From: Chrysochromulina tobinii
Lineage: Eukaryota
NCBI GenBank assembly: GCA_001275005.1
Contig: JWZX01003409.1
Location: forward strand, 62,001 to 121,428
Direction of reading: 5' to 3'
Length of the DNA: 59,428 nt
The position numbers and the translations under genes are program-made. The notes under the pieces were generated by a model. The model was not told the origin of the DNA and ran no database searches. It saw nothing but the letters and a program-made list of their open reading frames with translations. Positions 23,642-34,620 of the stretch are shown here, one piece after another (position 1 is the stretch's first letter; the number at the start of each line of letters is the position of its first letter).

Positions 23642-24611
23642 TCAGTGGGGCTCATTGCCGTCGGCCTGCGCAGCAAGAAGCGCGCCAATGTGCTCCGCAG
23701 CAGAAGTATGCGCTGCTTGCTCGCCCCCCACCTCGCCTTCCTCCTCGCCCTCCTCCTCCCCCTCATCCTCGACGTCCTCGCCCTCCTCCTCGCCCTCGTC
23801 GTCGGCCGTCGCGCTGCGCCTCCTCCGCAGCCTCGTTGAAGAGCACGCGCATCATGGAGTCAATGCGGCGTGTCGTGCGCAGCCGATCGGCCGCGAGACG
23901 CTCCCGGTTGTGCAGCTGCTCGGCCGTGGCGCGCCGCTCGCGAAGGTTGGTGACGATGAGCCCATGGAATCCATGGCTCTGTCCGAGATGATCTTCCACG
24001 CGAAAGTTGCGCGCGGCCTCGCGAAATGCGTCCCTGTGCGAGAGCTCGGGCTGCGCGGCCTTTATGCGTGCGACCTCGGTCCTCAAAAAGAGGTTGTACG
24101 CGCTCGTCCTCGACGGCGAGGTGAACGACCAGCCGAGATGCGCTCCGCAGCAGCAGTGAGCCATGCGCCACTCAAAGGGAGGGAACCAGCTGTGATCCGG
24201 CGACGGACGGCCCGAGAGGATGATGTGAGGTACGGGCACCGTGCGCACCACATCGAACCGCACAGCCCCGGGATTTGTCGCGCTGTAGGCCCAGTACTCC
24301 CGATCGAGCATGTCGAGCTCATACGAGAAGACGGCCGACTCGAGCGTCGTGGCCCGCTCGATCAAGAGCTCCTCTCGGGACACGATGGGGATGTTGCACG
24401 CGGCGCAGGAGAGCACCGGAATGTCGGCCTCCGGAATGTCGGGCACCGGAACCGCGTGCCCTGCGTCAATAAGAACAACCTGCCTCTGCAAATCTTCAAT
24501 CTGCTCTCTGAGCTCGATAAGTTGCTCTCGAGCCATGCCCTCAATCACGCCCTCAATCGCATCGTCAGATGACTGAAGCACGCGCACAACGTAATTGCCT
24601 GCAGGACCCAT
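23642..24611 (-). CDS. Cereblon-like CULT (Yippee/Mis18-fold) protein with inserted YABBY/HMG-like box and acidic tail; apparent +1 frameshift at 23816; start uncertain
   Basis: LSCAAC, NPGAVRFDVV, GRPSPDHSWFPPFEW, HCCCGAHLGWSF and FHGL match CULT. SAYNLFLRTEVARIKAAQPELSHRDAFREAARNF lies between GWSF and FHGL. The frame-corrected tail DDEGEEEGE... stops at 23642. Confidence 0.8.
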
Positions 24612-24780
24612 GGTGAGGCGCGCCTCGAACTCATGCTGCGGTACGTACTCCCCGTTAACATTATCCCCGACAGGACCAGGTTCTCCCCGACTGCCGTTAA
24701 CCTTCTCCCCGACTCCCCGACTGCCATCGCCAGCTCCGAGCCCGCTTGCGTGTCGACTATGAATTCGTCCGTCATTTCCC

Positions 24781-24843
24781 AAGTCAAGAAGTCAAGACAA
24801 GTCAAGTCAAGTCAACCTAAGCCTTGACTTGACTTTCACTTGA
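24781..24843. repeat. CAAGT / ACTTG pentamer repeats in inverted arrangement
   Basis: aagtcaagaagtcaagacaagtcaagtcaagtcaa is followed by cttgacttgact, between two divergent genes. Confidence 0.7.
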
Positions 24844-25018
24844 GCCCAGCAGATGTAACAGAAAACCCCTCATAACTTTCAAAGTGGTGTCGCCAATTGC
24901 CAAAATAGGCAGGCGATCACTCTGCCGTCCAGAGAACAAAATCGCGAGCACCCGACGGCCAAAATCCAGACCAACGCACTCCAATGGTGCGTCCTCCTCA
25001 GCGTATCGCCACCGCCAG

Positions 25019-26668
25019 ATGCTCACGATTCGTCTCCCGACCTCCACCCCCACCCCGACGCAGGCTCTCTCGTCGATCCTCAACTCTTTGTCAAGCACGC
25101 CGACCGGGCAGGAGCGAGACTTGTGCGCGTCCGCGACGCCGCGCGATGAGAATGCGGGGAAAAAGAGCGTGCGACGAAGCTTCAGCTGGGGCAAGAGCAA
25201 AAAGCGCGCGGAGAAGCGTGCGACCACTTCGCAGCCTGGGAAGACGGAGGTGATCTCGGTGGTGCTCTCTCGCGCACAGGCGACGAGCGAGCTCGGGCTT
25301 GAGCTGCACGAGGTGACCGGCGACGTGATCGTGAGCTACGTTGGCTCCATCCCCGACATCTCAATTGGTGACTGCATCCTTGCGATCGAGGGCCTCGAGC
25401 TGCTCTACCCGGGCGGCCCGGAGAAGCTGGAGGCGGCGCGCCAGGTGCTGGCAGATCCGACCGAGGGGGAGGAGGACCCGCACGCGCCCCAGCAGACAGT
25501 GGAGCTGACGGTCGAGAAGAACAGCATTCGCACAGAAGTGCTCAAGCGGCATGCGGCGCTGCGCGGCACGTCGCTCGACAGACTCGGCCTCACGCTCTGC
25601 CTCGAGGACTCGCACATAGTTGTGTCCGAAATGGACCCCAAGGGACTTGCAAGCAAGCAAGGGCGGATTGCGACAGGTGACCGTCTGGTGGGGATCAACG
25701 GGCGGGCGGTCAAGGACCTGGAGCACGCGATCGAGCTGCTGCAGAGCGACGACGCGAGCGAGCTCGAGGTTGAGCTCGATCTCATGTACGGCTTCCTCGT
25801 CCCCGAGAACCACGAGTTCAGCACTGAGCTAGGCTGCTATGTGCCCGCGAAGAAACCGCTGTGCGGGCTAGCGCGCGTGAAGCGCAGCCTGAGCTTCGGC
25901 AAGAAGAAGAAGCCCCCTCCCGCGCCGGAGCCGACGCCGCGCACCGCCGAGTCCGCCTCCACCGCGCCCGAGCTCAGCAGCCCGGACCCCGACTTCATCC
26001 CCGAGCCGAATCTGGAGCCGCGGCTCCTCCTGATCCCCAAGAACGAGGAGGGGCGAATCTGCGTCACGTTCCGCGCGCACGAGGTGACGGGCGAGCTGAT
26101 CATCTCGCAGATCGGCTCCAACTCGCCTGCGCAGATCGCGGGCGCCGAGGTGGGCGACCGCGTGCTCGCGCTCCAGGGCTCCATCTTCGAGCAGGGGGGC
26201 GAGGAGGACCTCGAGAACGCGCGCGTGGTCCTCGAGCAGTCCGCAAGCTCCCCGACCATTGAGATGATCGTCCAGACACGCGTGCGCACGGAGCGGCTCG
26301 AGTTTGGTCAGGAGTTTGTCGGCGGCCCCAAGAATAAGCTCGGCCTCACCTTCTACTCCTTCCCGAACGACGAGTTCGTGCGCATCACCAAGATGGTTGG
26401 AGCTGCGGCCAAGTCAGGCAAATTCGCCCTCGGTGATCGAATCGTTGCGGTGAACGGAATCCGCGTCAACCACGCGGAGACGCTCCAGGCCCACATCGCC
26501 GAGTTCTGCAAGCGCGACGAGTATGTCGACTTCGAGGTCGCTCTCGGCTACCAGCCCGAGGAGGGCTTGTGGTATGGCAAGGATGTGTCCGTGGGCTCTG
26601 ATGAGCAGCCGGAGGAAAAGAAGAAGCCCAAGCGCAGCTTCTCATTTGGCCGACGCACGGTGCACTGA
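25019..26668 (+). CDS. Multi-PDZ scaffold protein (about 4 PDZ domains as 2 duplicated tandems)
   Basis: LGLEL, LGLTL and LGLTF carboxylate-binding loops. GDCILAIEG, GDRLVGING, GDRVLALQG and GDRIVAVNG. HEVTG is repeated. Confidence 0.85.
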   Translation: MLTIRLPTSTPTPTQALSSILNSLSSTPTGQERDLCASATPRDENAGKKSVRRSFSWGKSKKRAEKRATTSQPGKTEVISVVLSRAQATSELGLELHEVTGDVIVSYVGSIPDISIGDCILAIEGLELLYPGGPEKLEAARQVLADPTEGEEDPHAPQQTVELTVEKNSIRTEVLKRHAALRGTSLDRLGLTLCLEDSHIVVSEMDPKGLASKQGRIATGDRLVGINGRAVKDLEHAIELLQSDDASELEVELDLMYGFLVPENHEFSTELGCYVPAKKPLCGLARVKRSLSFGKKKKPPPAPEPTPRTAESASTAPELSSPDPDFIPEPNLEPRLLLIPKNEEGRICVTFRAHEVTGELIISQIGSNSPAQIAGAEVGDRVLALQGSIFEQGGEEDLENARVVLEQSASSPTIEMIVQTRVRTERLEFGQEFVGGPKNKLGLTFYSFPNDEFVRITKMVGAAAKSGKFALGDRIVAVNGIRVNHAETLQAHIAEFCKRDEYVDFEVALGYQPEEGLWYGKDVSVGSDEQPEEKKKPKRSFSFGRRTVH

Positions 26669-26931
26669 GGGCGTGAGGCCGACGGGAACCGACAGCTTGG
26701 CCGTTGTATGTAGTCGTTGGGTGCGTGTCGCAGTCCGGGGCGGTTGGGCCGTCTGCCCGTCTCCTTTATTCGCCCGTGGGGGCGTCGTCGTTCGTTATGT
26801 TCGTTTTGGCGAGAAGCAGAGCTTCCGGGGGCATGTAGAACGGTTAAAGTGATGAATGAGGTTTTTTGAGCCGACTCTTAACAGCCAGTTCACACTTCCA
26901 CTTTCCCAGAACCTACCTGTCGACGGCGCCC

Positions 26932-29035
26932 ATGCCTGAGAAGCAACTCGAGAAGCCTCTTCCTGACAGCAGTATCAGCAGCGACGAAAGTGTCAACGCG
27001 GTTCGCTCGCCCCAAAGGCGAGCCGTGGGAGCCGAGACAGCCGGTGACACTGTGACCGGGCTCGAGGACCTGACGCCTGCTGAGCTGGAAAGTGTTTACG
27101 TCGTTCAGGCGGACGCCGAAAATGATGCGCACGTTACCGGCGCGATGGAGGAGCCGCCTCCGGGCATCGTTATCTCGTACATGCTGCAGGAGGAGATCCG
27201 TGAGTCGGAGCTGCTCGATGACAAAGATCTCAACGAGGTGGACAGGCTCACCTCGTTGATTGATGAAGAGTTACACGATGAGCCCGTCGAAGCTATCACA
27301 CTCGAGGAAGCTTCGCAGGTTGACAAGCAGATCATCGAGGAGAAGCTTGAGCAGATGATCGAGCTGTACGACAACAAGGAGCTCATGGGGTCCATGCTCG
27401 AGTCCACGCTGCAGCCTGAGGATGCTATCCCGTACACGCTCGACGAGCTCACGGTGAAAGACCCTGCAGTTGCAGAAAGCCTGCCGCCCGCGGTTGCTGC
27501 GGCAGTCTACGAAAAGTACGGCTGCCTTCCGATCGCCGCCGGTGGACCCTTGGCGATCAGAGAGCTCGCTCAATCGTACATCGCATCGTCCGACATCGAC
27601 GACTCGTTTTACATCATGGACCTCGGCAACGTCCAGCGCTTGTACGACTCGTGGCACACGGCGATGCCACGCGTCACGCCATTCTACGCGATGAAGTGCT
27701 CGCCGATGCCCGCCCTGATCGACGTCCTTGCGGTGAACGGCTGCGGCTTTGATTGTGCCTCGGCGGCTGAGATCCAGCTCGCGCTCGACGCCGGCGTCTC
27801 GCCCGACCGCATCATCTTCGCGCACCCGGCCAAGCGGCCGTTTGACATCCGTTTCGCGGCGTCCAAGGGCGTGTGCATGACCACGTTCGACTCCATCGTT
27901 GAGCTCGACAAGATTGCCAAGTGGCACCCGAACGCGCAGTGCGTCCTCCGCATCCGTGCCGATGACCCGCTCCGCGCTGCATGCAAGTGCTCACCACGAC
28001 GCCCCCTCCTCTCCCCACAGGTGCGTCCTGCGCATCCGCGCCGATGACCCCGAGGCTGGCATCTCGTTTGGCATCAAGTACGGTGCGAACCTCGACGAGT
28101 ACGAGACGCTCATCTCCCACGCGAAAGACATCGGCCTCGACATGATCGGAGTTTCGTTCCACGTCGGCTCGCTTGCCAAGTCTGGCAAGGCCTTCTACCG
28201 CGCCATCGAGTGCGCGCGCAAGGCCTTCGACGTTGGCACCGCCTGCGGTTTCCACTTTTCGCTCCTCGACATCGGCGGCGGCTTCACGGGGCGCTTCAAC
28301 TCGTTTGGAATCGTCCAGTCGATGGTCGGCGAGATCCCGGCCTACATCAACGAGGCGCTCGAGAAATTCTTCGGCGCGGACACGCCCTTCGGCGACCTGA
28401 GGGTCATCGCTGAGCCCGGCCGCTTCTTCGCCGAAGCGTCGATGCATCTTGCCTGCCACGTGCACTCCGTGCGCAACCGCGTCGATCGAGCCTCGGCCGA
28501 CGACCCCGAAACGCTCGTCCCGACGTGTGACTACCTCATCTCCGACGGCCTGTACGGCTCGTTCAACTGCGTCGTCTACGATGGGGCAAAGCCCCGAGCT
28601 TGGCTCCTCCCGGGGCCCAACCTGCCCCCGATGGACACCGAGCTCAAGCGCTCCACAGGTCAGTACCACTGATTATCACTGATCACCACATGCGACTCGA
28701 TGGGCTGCGTCTTCACTCTGATTGCCATTGATTGCCATTGATTTCCTCCCTCATCACTGATTGCCTCCCTCATCACAGTCTTCGGCCCCACATGCGACTC
28801 GATGGACTGCGTCTTCAAGGACGTCATGCTGCCCCAGCTGCGCGTGGGCGACTGGCTCCTCTTTCCGCACTTTGGAGCGTACACCCTCGCCGGTGCCACC
28901 AACTTCAACGGCATCCAAAATGCCAACCCGAGAATCTTTTACGTCTGCTCGCAGTCTTCGGTTGACCAGGAAAACGCGGTGGTCATGTGGGCGTGCGAGA
29001 TGGAGAAGGCGCCCTCCTCGATCGTCGCCACGTAA
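26932..29035 (+). CDS. ODC: Ornithine decarboxylase (fold III PLP); exons 26932-27938, 28021-28658, 28779-29035
   Basis: PFYAMKC (PLP lysine), GFDCAS, VLRIRADD, VSFHVGS, LLDIGGGF, IAEPGRFF, DGLYGSFNC, FGPTCDSMD and GAYT. Confidence 0.93.
27939..28020 (+). mobile_element. Introner-like intron (82 nt)
   Basis: The first 30 nt copy the next exon start (2 synonymous-position mismatches), followed by TGCATGCAAGTGCTCACCAC...CCCCACAG. Confidence 0.88.
28659..28778 (+). mobile_element. Introner-like intron (120 nt) with internal 30-nt copy of downstream exon
   Basis: 28696-28725 matches exon 28788-28817 (1 mismatch). It carries iterated CTGATTGCC and CCTCCCTCATCAC modules. Confidence 0.85.
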
Positions 29036-29380
29036 AAATTTTTCGCTCGCGTGCATTCAGGTGAACGCGCGGATCTCTAGCAACCGGGAAAAACTGGCCC
29101 ATCCCTACTTTTTCCCGGTTGCTAAACAGATCCTAGATGCTAGATCTCGCGGTTGTTCATCGTTGGTCGTTGAGGAGCACAACCTCACGTCTGAGAAGAG
29201 AGAAGTACATTCAAGAAACTACAGTTTGGGCCTGACTCGACGTGTGTGCTTGTGTGTTAAGCGACCCGGATCCGTGAAACGGGAGCGCTTCACAGAAGGT
29301 CCAGAGCTGCAGTCCAGACGCTCAGTCCATCGCGGCTGTCAGGAAGTGACGAAACTGACTGACTGACTGTCGAAGCATAA

Positions 29381-30781
29381 TTGGCGTCCGTCTGGCATCA
29401 AACGCGTCGGCTCGCTCGCCGCATTTCGCGCGTTCACACCGGCTCGCGTGCGAGCAGCACTGCCATCTCCGCCGATCTCGATGAGGCCGCGCGGCTGATA
29501 TCGCTCGAGGAGGCGCACGGCGCGTTCAACTACGCGCCGCTGCCAGTTGTGCTTGAGCGCGGCCTGGGCGTGCACGTCTGGGACATCTCCGGGCGCCGCT
29601 ATCTCGACTTCCTCTCAGCATACTCGGCTGTCAACCAAGGCCATTCGCACCCCAAGATCCTTGACGCCTTGCAGCGGCAGGCGGCCAAGCTGACGCTCAC
29701 ATCGCGTGCCTTCCACAACAACGTGCTTGGCGAGTACGAGCGTTTCGTGACCGAGTATTTTGGCTACGACCGCGTGCTCCCGATGAATACCGGTGTCGAG
29801 GGCGGCGAGACCGCGCTCAAGCTCGCGCGCCGCTGGGGCTACGACGTCAAGGGCATCGCCAAGGACGAGGCTCTGGTACTCTTCTGCACCCACAACTTTT
29901 GGGGGCGCACGATCTCTGCGTGCTCGTCGTCGTCCGACCCGAGCTGCCGTGCCGGCTTCGGCCCCTACCTACCCGGCGTCCCCTTGGTGCCGTACAATGA
30001 CCTTGCGGCGCTCGAGGCCGCCTTCGCCCAGGACGGGGCGCGCATCGCTGGCTTTATGCTCGAGCCGATCCAGGTGCGTTGATTGCCAATGATGACCTGC
30101 CTTGCATGCAAGTGCTCACCACAGCGCATTGGACTCCCTCGAGCCATCCAGGGCGAGGCGGGCGTGGTGGTGCCTCACGAGGGCTACCTCCGAGGCGTGC
30201 GCGAGCTGTGCACGCGCTACAACGTGCTGATGATCGCCGACGAGGTGCAGACGGGGCTGTGCCGCACGGGCAAGATGCTCGCCTGTGACCACGAGCACGT
30301 GAAGCCGGACCTCCTCATCCTCGGCAAGGCGCTCTCGGGTGGCGTGTATCCAGTGAGCGCAGTGCTCTCGAGCGACGAGGTGATGCTCACGCTCCGCCCG
30401 GGTGAGCACGGTTCCACGTTTGGTGGCAACCCTCTCGGGTGCGCCGTGGCCATGGCGGCGCTCGAGGTGCTACGCGAGGAGCGGCTCGCCGAGAACGCGG
30501 CCCTCATGGGGGAGAGGCTGCGCGCGGGGCTCGCGGCGATCGGGAGCGATGCGGTCACAACGGTGCGCGGCCGGGGGCTGCTCAACGCGATCGTGATTCG
30601 ACCAGAGGGCGAGAAGCGGAATGCGGGCGCGCTCTGCTATGCGCTCAAGGACGTGGGGCTTCTTGCCAAGCCCACGCACGAGCACATCATCCGACTGGCG
30701 CCGCCGCTCATCATCACGGGCGCGCAGATCGACGAGGCCGTCGAGATTATCGCCAAGGAGACGCGCCGCATGTTTGGATGA
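29381..30781 (+). CDS. OAT: Ornithine aminotransferase (class III), mitochondrial-type leader; exons 29381-30073, 30152-30781
   Basis: [81 protein letters not shown] and [10 protein letters not shown]. Confidence 0.95.
30074..30151 (+). mobile_element. Introner-like intron (78 nt)
   Basis: The first 45 nt match the GT61 intron with one mismatch. The end CTCGAGCCATCCAG resembles the exon end CTCGAGCCGATCCAG. Confidence 0.9.
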
Positions 30782-31392
30782 ATCGGAAGCGTGGGAAGAG
30801 GAGTGGGAGAGTCTTGTTCGGTGGTCGAGAGAACCGCGGCGGAATTCAGACACGCAATCTGCTTCACGTTAAAAAAAACGCGGGGGGCGTCAGGTGGGCT
30901 TCAGACCTCAGCGTAGAGGCTGACTTTAAAGGCCGGACAGGTTAAACGAAGGTGTCTCACGACTCACCTGTGGCTGCGTGCTGCTGAGCGAGCGAGTACT
31001 CAGTACTTGTGTTGACCGAGGGGAGCGGAGCCGCCCTTGAAGAGCGCGGGGGGACCGACGACCGCGACGAAACTGACTGGCTGACTGACGTGTGGGAATT
31101 CGCAATTCGGTGATCGCATCTCAAAGTCCACGAATCGACGGAGCGCCGGCCGCGCCCCACTCCTTGAGGGTGGGCTCGCGGAGCACCGGTTGCTCTAACT
31201 CTCACCGCTTAAGCTCCTGAGTTTCCAAGAGATTTGGTTGCAGTTCTTCTCTGTGTCTCGTTTCACTGTTAACAAGTAAGCCCAAAGTCCACATCGCTCT
31301 CCCGCGTCAACACACCACGCCCATTGCCGGGCGGTCTATAGTGGTAGGTGGGTACTGGAGAGGAGCGGCGGCGCGTCGCCCAGCACGTCCCC

Positions 31393-34354
31393 ATGCTCCT
31401 GCTCTTTGGCTTTGTCGCAGCCATCTCGAGCTTCACGCACATCGCACGCCTCACGCCGGCTACGTGCAGTGGTCGCGGCGCTCCGCAGAGGCGTGCAACG
31501 ACCGGCGTGGCGGCGAGACTGAACGCAGGCGACGACACTGCGCCTGGCTTGTCAATATCTGGCGCCTTCGATTCGGGCAACATTAAGCTCGTGGAGGTGC
31601 AGGGGCGTGAGGCTGTTCGTCTGCGCATCATGTACGACCCTCGCACGGAGCTCGAGGGGTGCAACCACATGCAGTGGTTCGCCTTCCGCTCGACGGTGCT
31701 CCACCCTTATGCGGCCGCCGACGCGTGGTCGACGACTTACGAGATCGTCAACGCTGGCCTGTGCTCCTACATGAAAGGATGGGACGGGCTCGAGGTCTGC
31801 GTTTCGCACGACCTCCAGACCTGGCGGCGCGTGCCGTCGACGCGGTACGATGCGCCGAGCGGCACGCTCCGCTGGAGCTGGATGCACAATGCCGCGCAGC
31901 CGACGACGTTCTTCGCGTACTTTGAGCCGTACCCGTACGATCGGCAGCTGGCGTTGGTGATGCGGTGCGCGTCCGCGACGGCGCCCGGCCTCGAGGTGAG
32001 CTCGCTCGGCCAGAGCCTTGCATGCATGTGCTCACCACGGCGCCATGCCTTCCCCACAGGTGAGCTCGCTCGGCCAGAGCCTCGGCGGACGCGAGATCGA
32101 CGTGATCACGGTCGGCACTGGCCCGTTGCATGCGTGGATCATCCATCGGCAGCACCCGGGGGAGCCGCAGGCGGCCTTTTTCGCCGAGGGGCTGCTGGCG
32201 CGCCTTCTCGGGCTCGAGCGGCAGGGTTCCATCGACGGCCTCACCGCGCAGATGCTCGAGGCCTTCACGTGGCACGTCGTCCCATCGATGAATCCGGATG
32301 GCGGTAGCGCCGGCCACCTGCGCACCAACCTCGCCGGCGCCAACCTGAATCGTGAGTGGGCTCCTACAGGCAGTTACGAGGCGCCGTCCCTCGAGCGCTC
32401 GCCCGAGGTCTACCACGTGCTTCGAGCCATGCAGAGGACAGGCGTCGACTTTTTCTGCGACGTGCACGGCGACGAGGGCCTTCCGTTTTGCTTCTGCGCG
32501 GGCAATGAGGGCACGCCCAACTGGGGGCCGCGGCTGCGCGCGCTGCACGGCGCCTTTGTGGGCGCGTATGCGCGCGCCAACCCGGACATGCAAGCTCGGT
32601 TTGGGTACGAGCCCGACTCTCCTGGAGGAGCGAACCCGGCCGTTGGTGGGAATCAGGTCGGCATGCGCTTTGACTGCCTCGCTGTCACGTTGGAGATGCC
32701 GTTCAAGGACAATGCGGCCAATGCGGCCGCACGCCGCAGCGGCAAGGCATTCGACGGGCACCGATGCGCGATGCTCGGCGCCTCTCTTGTCGACGCGCTC
32801 GCCCACGTGCACACGGCTCTGCGCGGAGTGCCCGTGCCGCGCTTCGAGCTGCCAGACGATGCGTACGTGCGCCCGACTGAAGACGTGAATGAGATTCGGG
32901 CCTTCCTCGACGCTCAGGCGCGCGCAGGTGAGCAGGCGGCACGCGGCAGTGCGGCAGCGCCCGCGGCAGCGCGTGAGACGGCCAGTGCGGGGATGGCGTG
33001 GGCGTCGACGGCTCCTGTTGAAGCGGCGCCCGCGGCGGCGCCCGTGGCGACGGTTCCAATGCAGTCGGGCTTTGGAGCCGCCGCTCTGGCAAAGGCGGTG
33101 GAGGCGGCAGTGGCGCCGGCGGCGGTGGCGACTGGCGCGTCCGCGCAGCCCGAGGCGCCGCCAGGTGTGGCGGCGCCCCGGGTCTCCCTTGGAGATGGCG
33201 AGGAATCCTCCAAGGAGGATGCGACGGGGCGGCCGGTGGTGGAGGCGGCGGAGAGAGAGGAAGGCACCGTTCAACGCGCAGTCAATCCCGCGGGCCAGCC
33301 CGCGGTCACGCCCGCGGTCAGTCCCTATCCCGCGATGTCGTCGACCACGATGAGCAGGGACGGGCAAGGCGAGGGGGCGGGCGGGGGCGCGCAAGGGAAT
33401 GAAACCACCATCCTGTGGTCGAACAACGATATGAAGGGGACGCTCTGGACGAGCGCCGAGCAGCGCGAGCAGTGGTATGACCGCTCCAAGGCGTACTGGG
33501 AATGGGATGGGTTGCATGGGAAGGGCAAGACCAACGACGGTGTGATGAGCGGCATTGGGCCTCTGCACGACGCTGACATTGCGGACTCGCTCGCTTTCAT
33601 CACGGGCGGCCTGCAACCCATCTGGCCAGCGCCCTTCTTCTTCCCAGACGCGCGCGCTCTCGATGTAGGTGCCGGGATAGGGCGTGTGGCGGGCGCGCTG
33701 CTGCTCGACCTCTGCGGCGAGGTCGACCTGGTCGATGGCTCCGCGTCCCATCTTCATGAGGCCCGCGCGGCGCTGGGCGAGCCGCTGGGCGAGCCGTTGG
33801 CGCCGGGGACGTCCGAGCCGATCGGAGGCAGGCGCGAGACGATCGGTCGCGGGCGGGTGGGCCGTTATCTGTGCTCGGACCTGCAGGACTTTGTGCCGCT
33901 CGCGTCGCACCCTTACGACCTGATCTGGATCCAATGGACGACCATGTACTTGACCGATGCTGACCTCACGCGCCTGCTGCGCGACTGCCGTGAGGCGCTC
34001 GCGCCGGGCGGTGTGATCGTGCTCAAGGACAATGTGATCGATGAGCTCAAGGGACCGAAGGGTCTTGTGGACGGACGGTATGTCGTCGATGAGCTCGATG
34101 CGAGCGTGAGCCGCACGCGCTCGCACTTGCTTGACCTGGTGAACGAGGCAGGCCTGGCGATTGTGGCCTCGGCCACGGCCAACCTCAAGTCCGAGGAACT
34201 TGACGGCCTCCTCAAGAACAATGGATGGTCCGAGATGCACCCAGTCGCGATGCTCGCGCTTCGGTCCGCAGAGGGCCCGCAGGTTGCGAGATCCGAAGAT
34301 GGCATTGACAATGGCGACGGTGGAGGCAGTGTGTTTGGATGGGTGTTTAGGTGA
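31393..34354 (+). CDS. M14 (Nna1/CCP-type) zinc carboxypeptidase fused to an NTMT1-like alpha-N-methyltransferase; signal peptide; exons 31393-31995, 32060-34354
   Basis: Peptidase: FDSGNI, QWFAF, FAYFEPY, RQHPGE, MNPDG, RTNLAGANLNREW, DVHGDE, TLEMPF. Methyltransferase: YWE..TNDGVMSG, ALDVGAGIGRV, LQDFVP, YDLIWIQW, YLTDADL, GVIVLKDN. Confidence 0.85.
31996..32059 (+). mobile_element. Introner-like intron (64 nt)
   Basis: The first 23 nt (GTGAGCTCGCTCGGCCAGAGCCT) are identical to the next exon start, followed by TGCATGCATGTGCTCACCACGG...CCCCACAG. Confidence 0.9.
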
Positions 34355-34524
34355 ACCACTAAATGTGAAGAGGCGAAGCCCCACGAAACAACAAACGTAA
34401 CGCGTGATAACGTACCTCGCAAATGTCATTTCAAACAGGTGTTCTCGTCTTCCATCGGAGCCAGGTGAGTTTGAGGGTGATCGGTGGGCGGGCGGGGACG
34501 CTCGGGAGGCTCGCCCTCTCGTTC

Positions 34525-34620
34525 AGCCTTACGACTGTGAGTGTGACCCCCCCGTCATCGACTGTGAGTGTGAGCCTTAAGACTGTGAGTGTGAACCCCC
34601 CGTCATCGACTGTGAGTGTG
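34525..34620. repeat. 2 x 48-bp tandem repeat (4 x GACTGTGAGTGTG) overlapping a stop codon
   Basis: Units at 34525 and 34573; they encode the GGSHSQS repeats at the end of the minus-strand ORF. Confidence 0.85.

Noticed and set aside
2277..23816. Pseudogene or programmed-frameshift calls for frameshifted genes
   Set aside because: Each gene has a single lesion with intact motifs and no slippery-site consensus. The pattern fits an assembly artefact.
31748..34429. 893-aa minus-strand ORF and many other long antisense ORFs (e.g. 36897-38603, 48074-50032)
   Set aside because: These are shadow ORFs of GC-rich coding sequence with no recognisable motifs.
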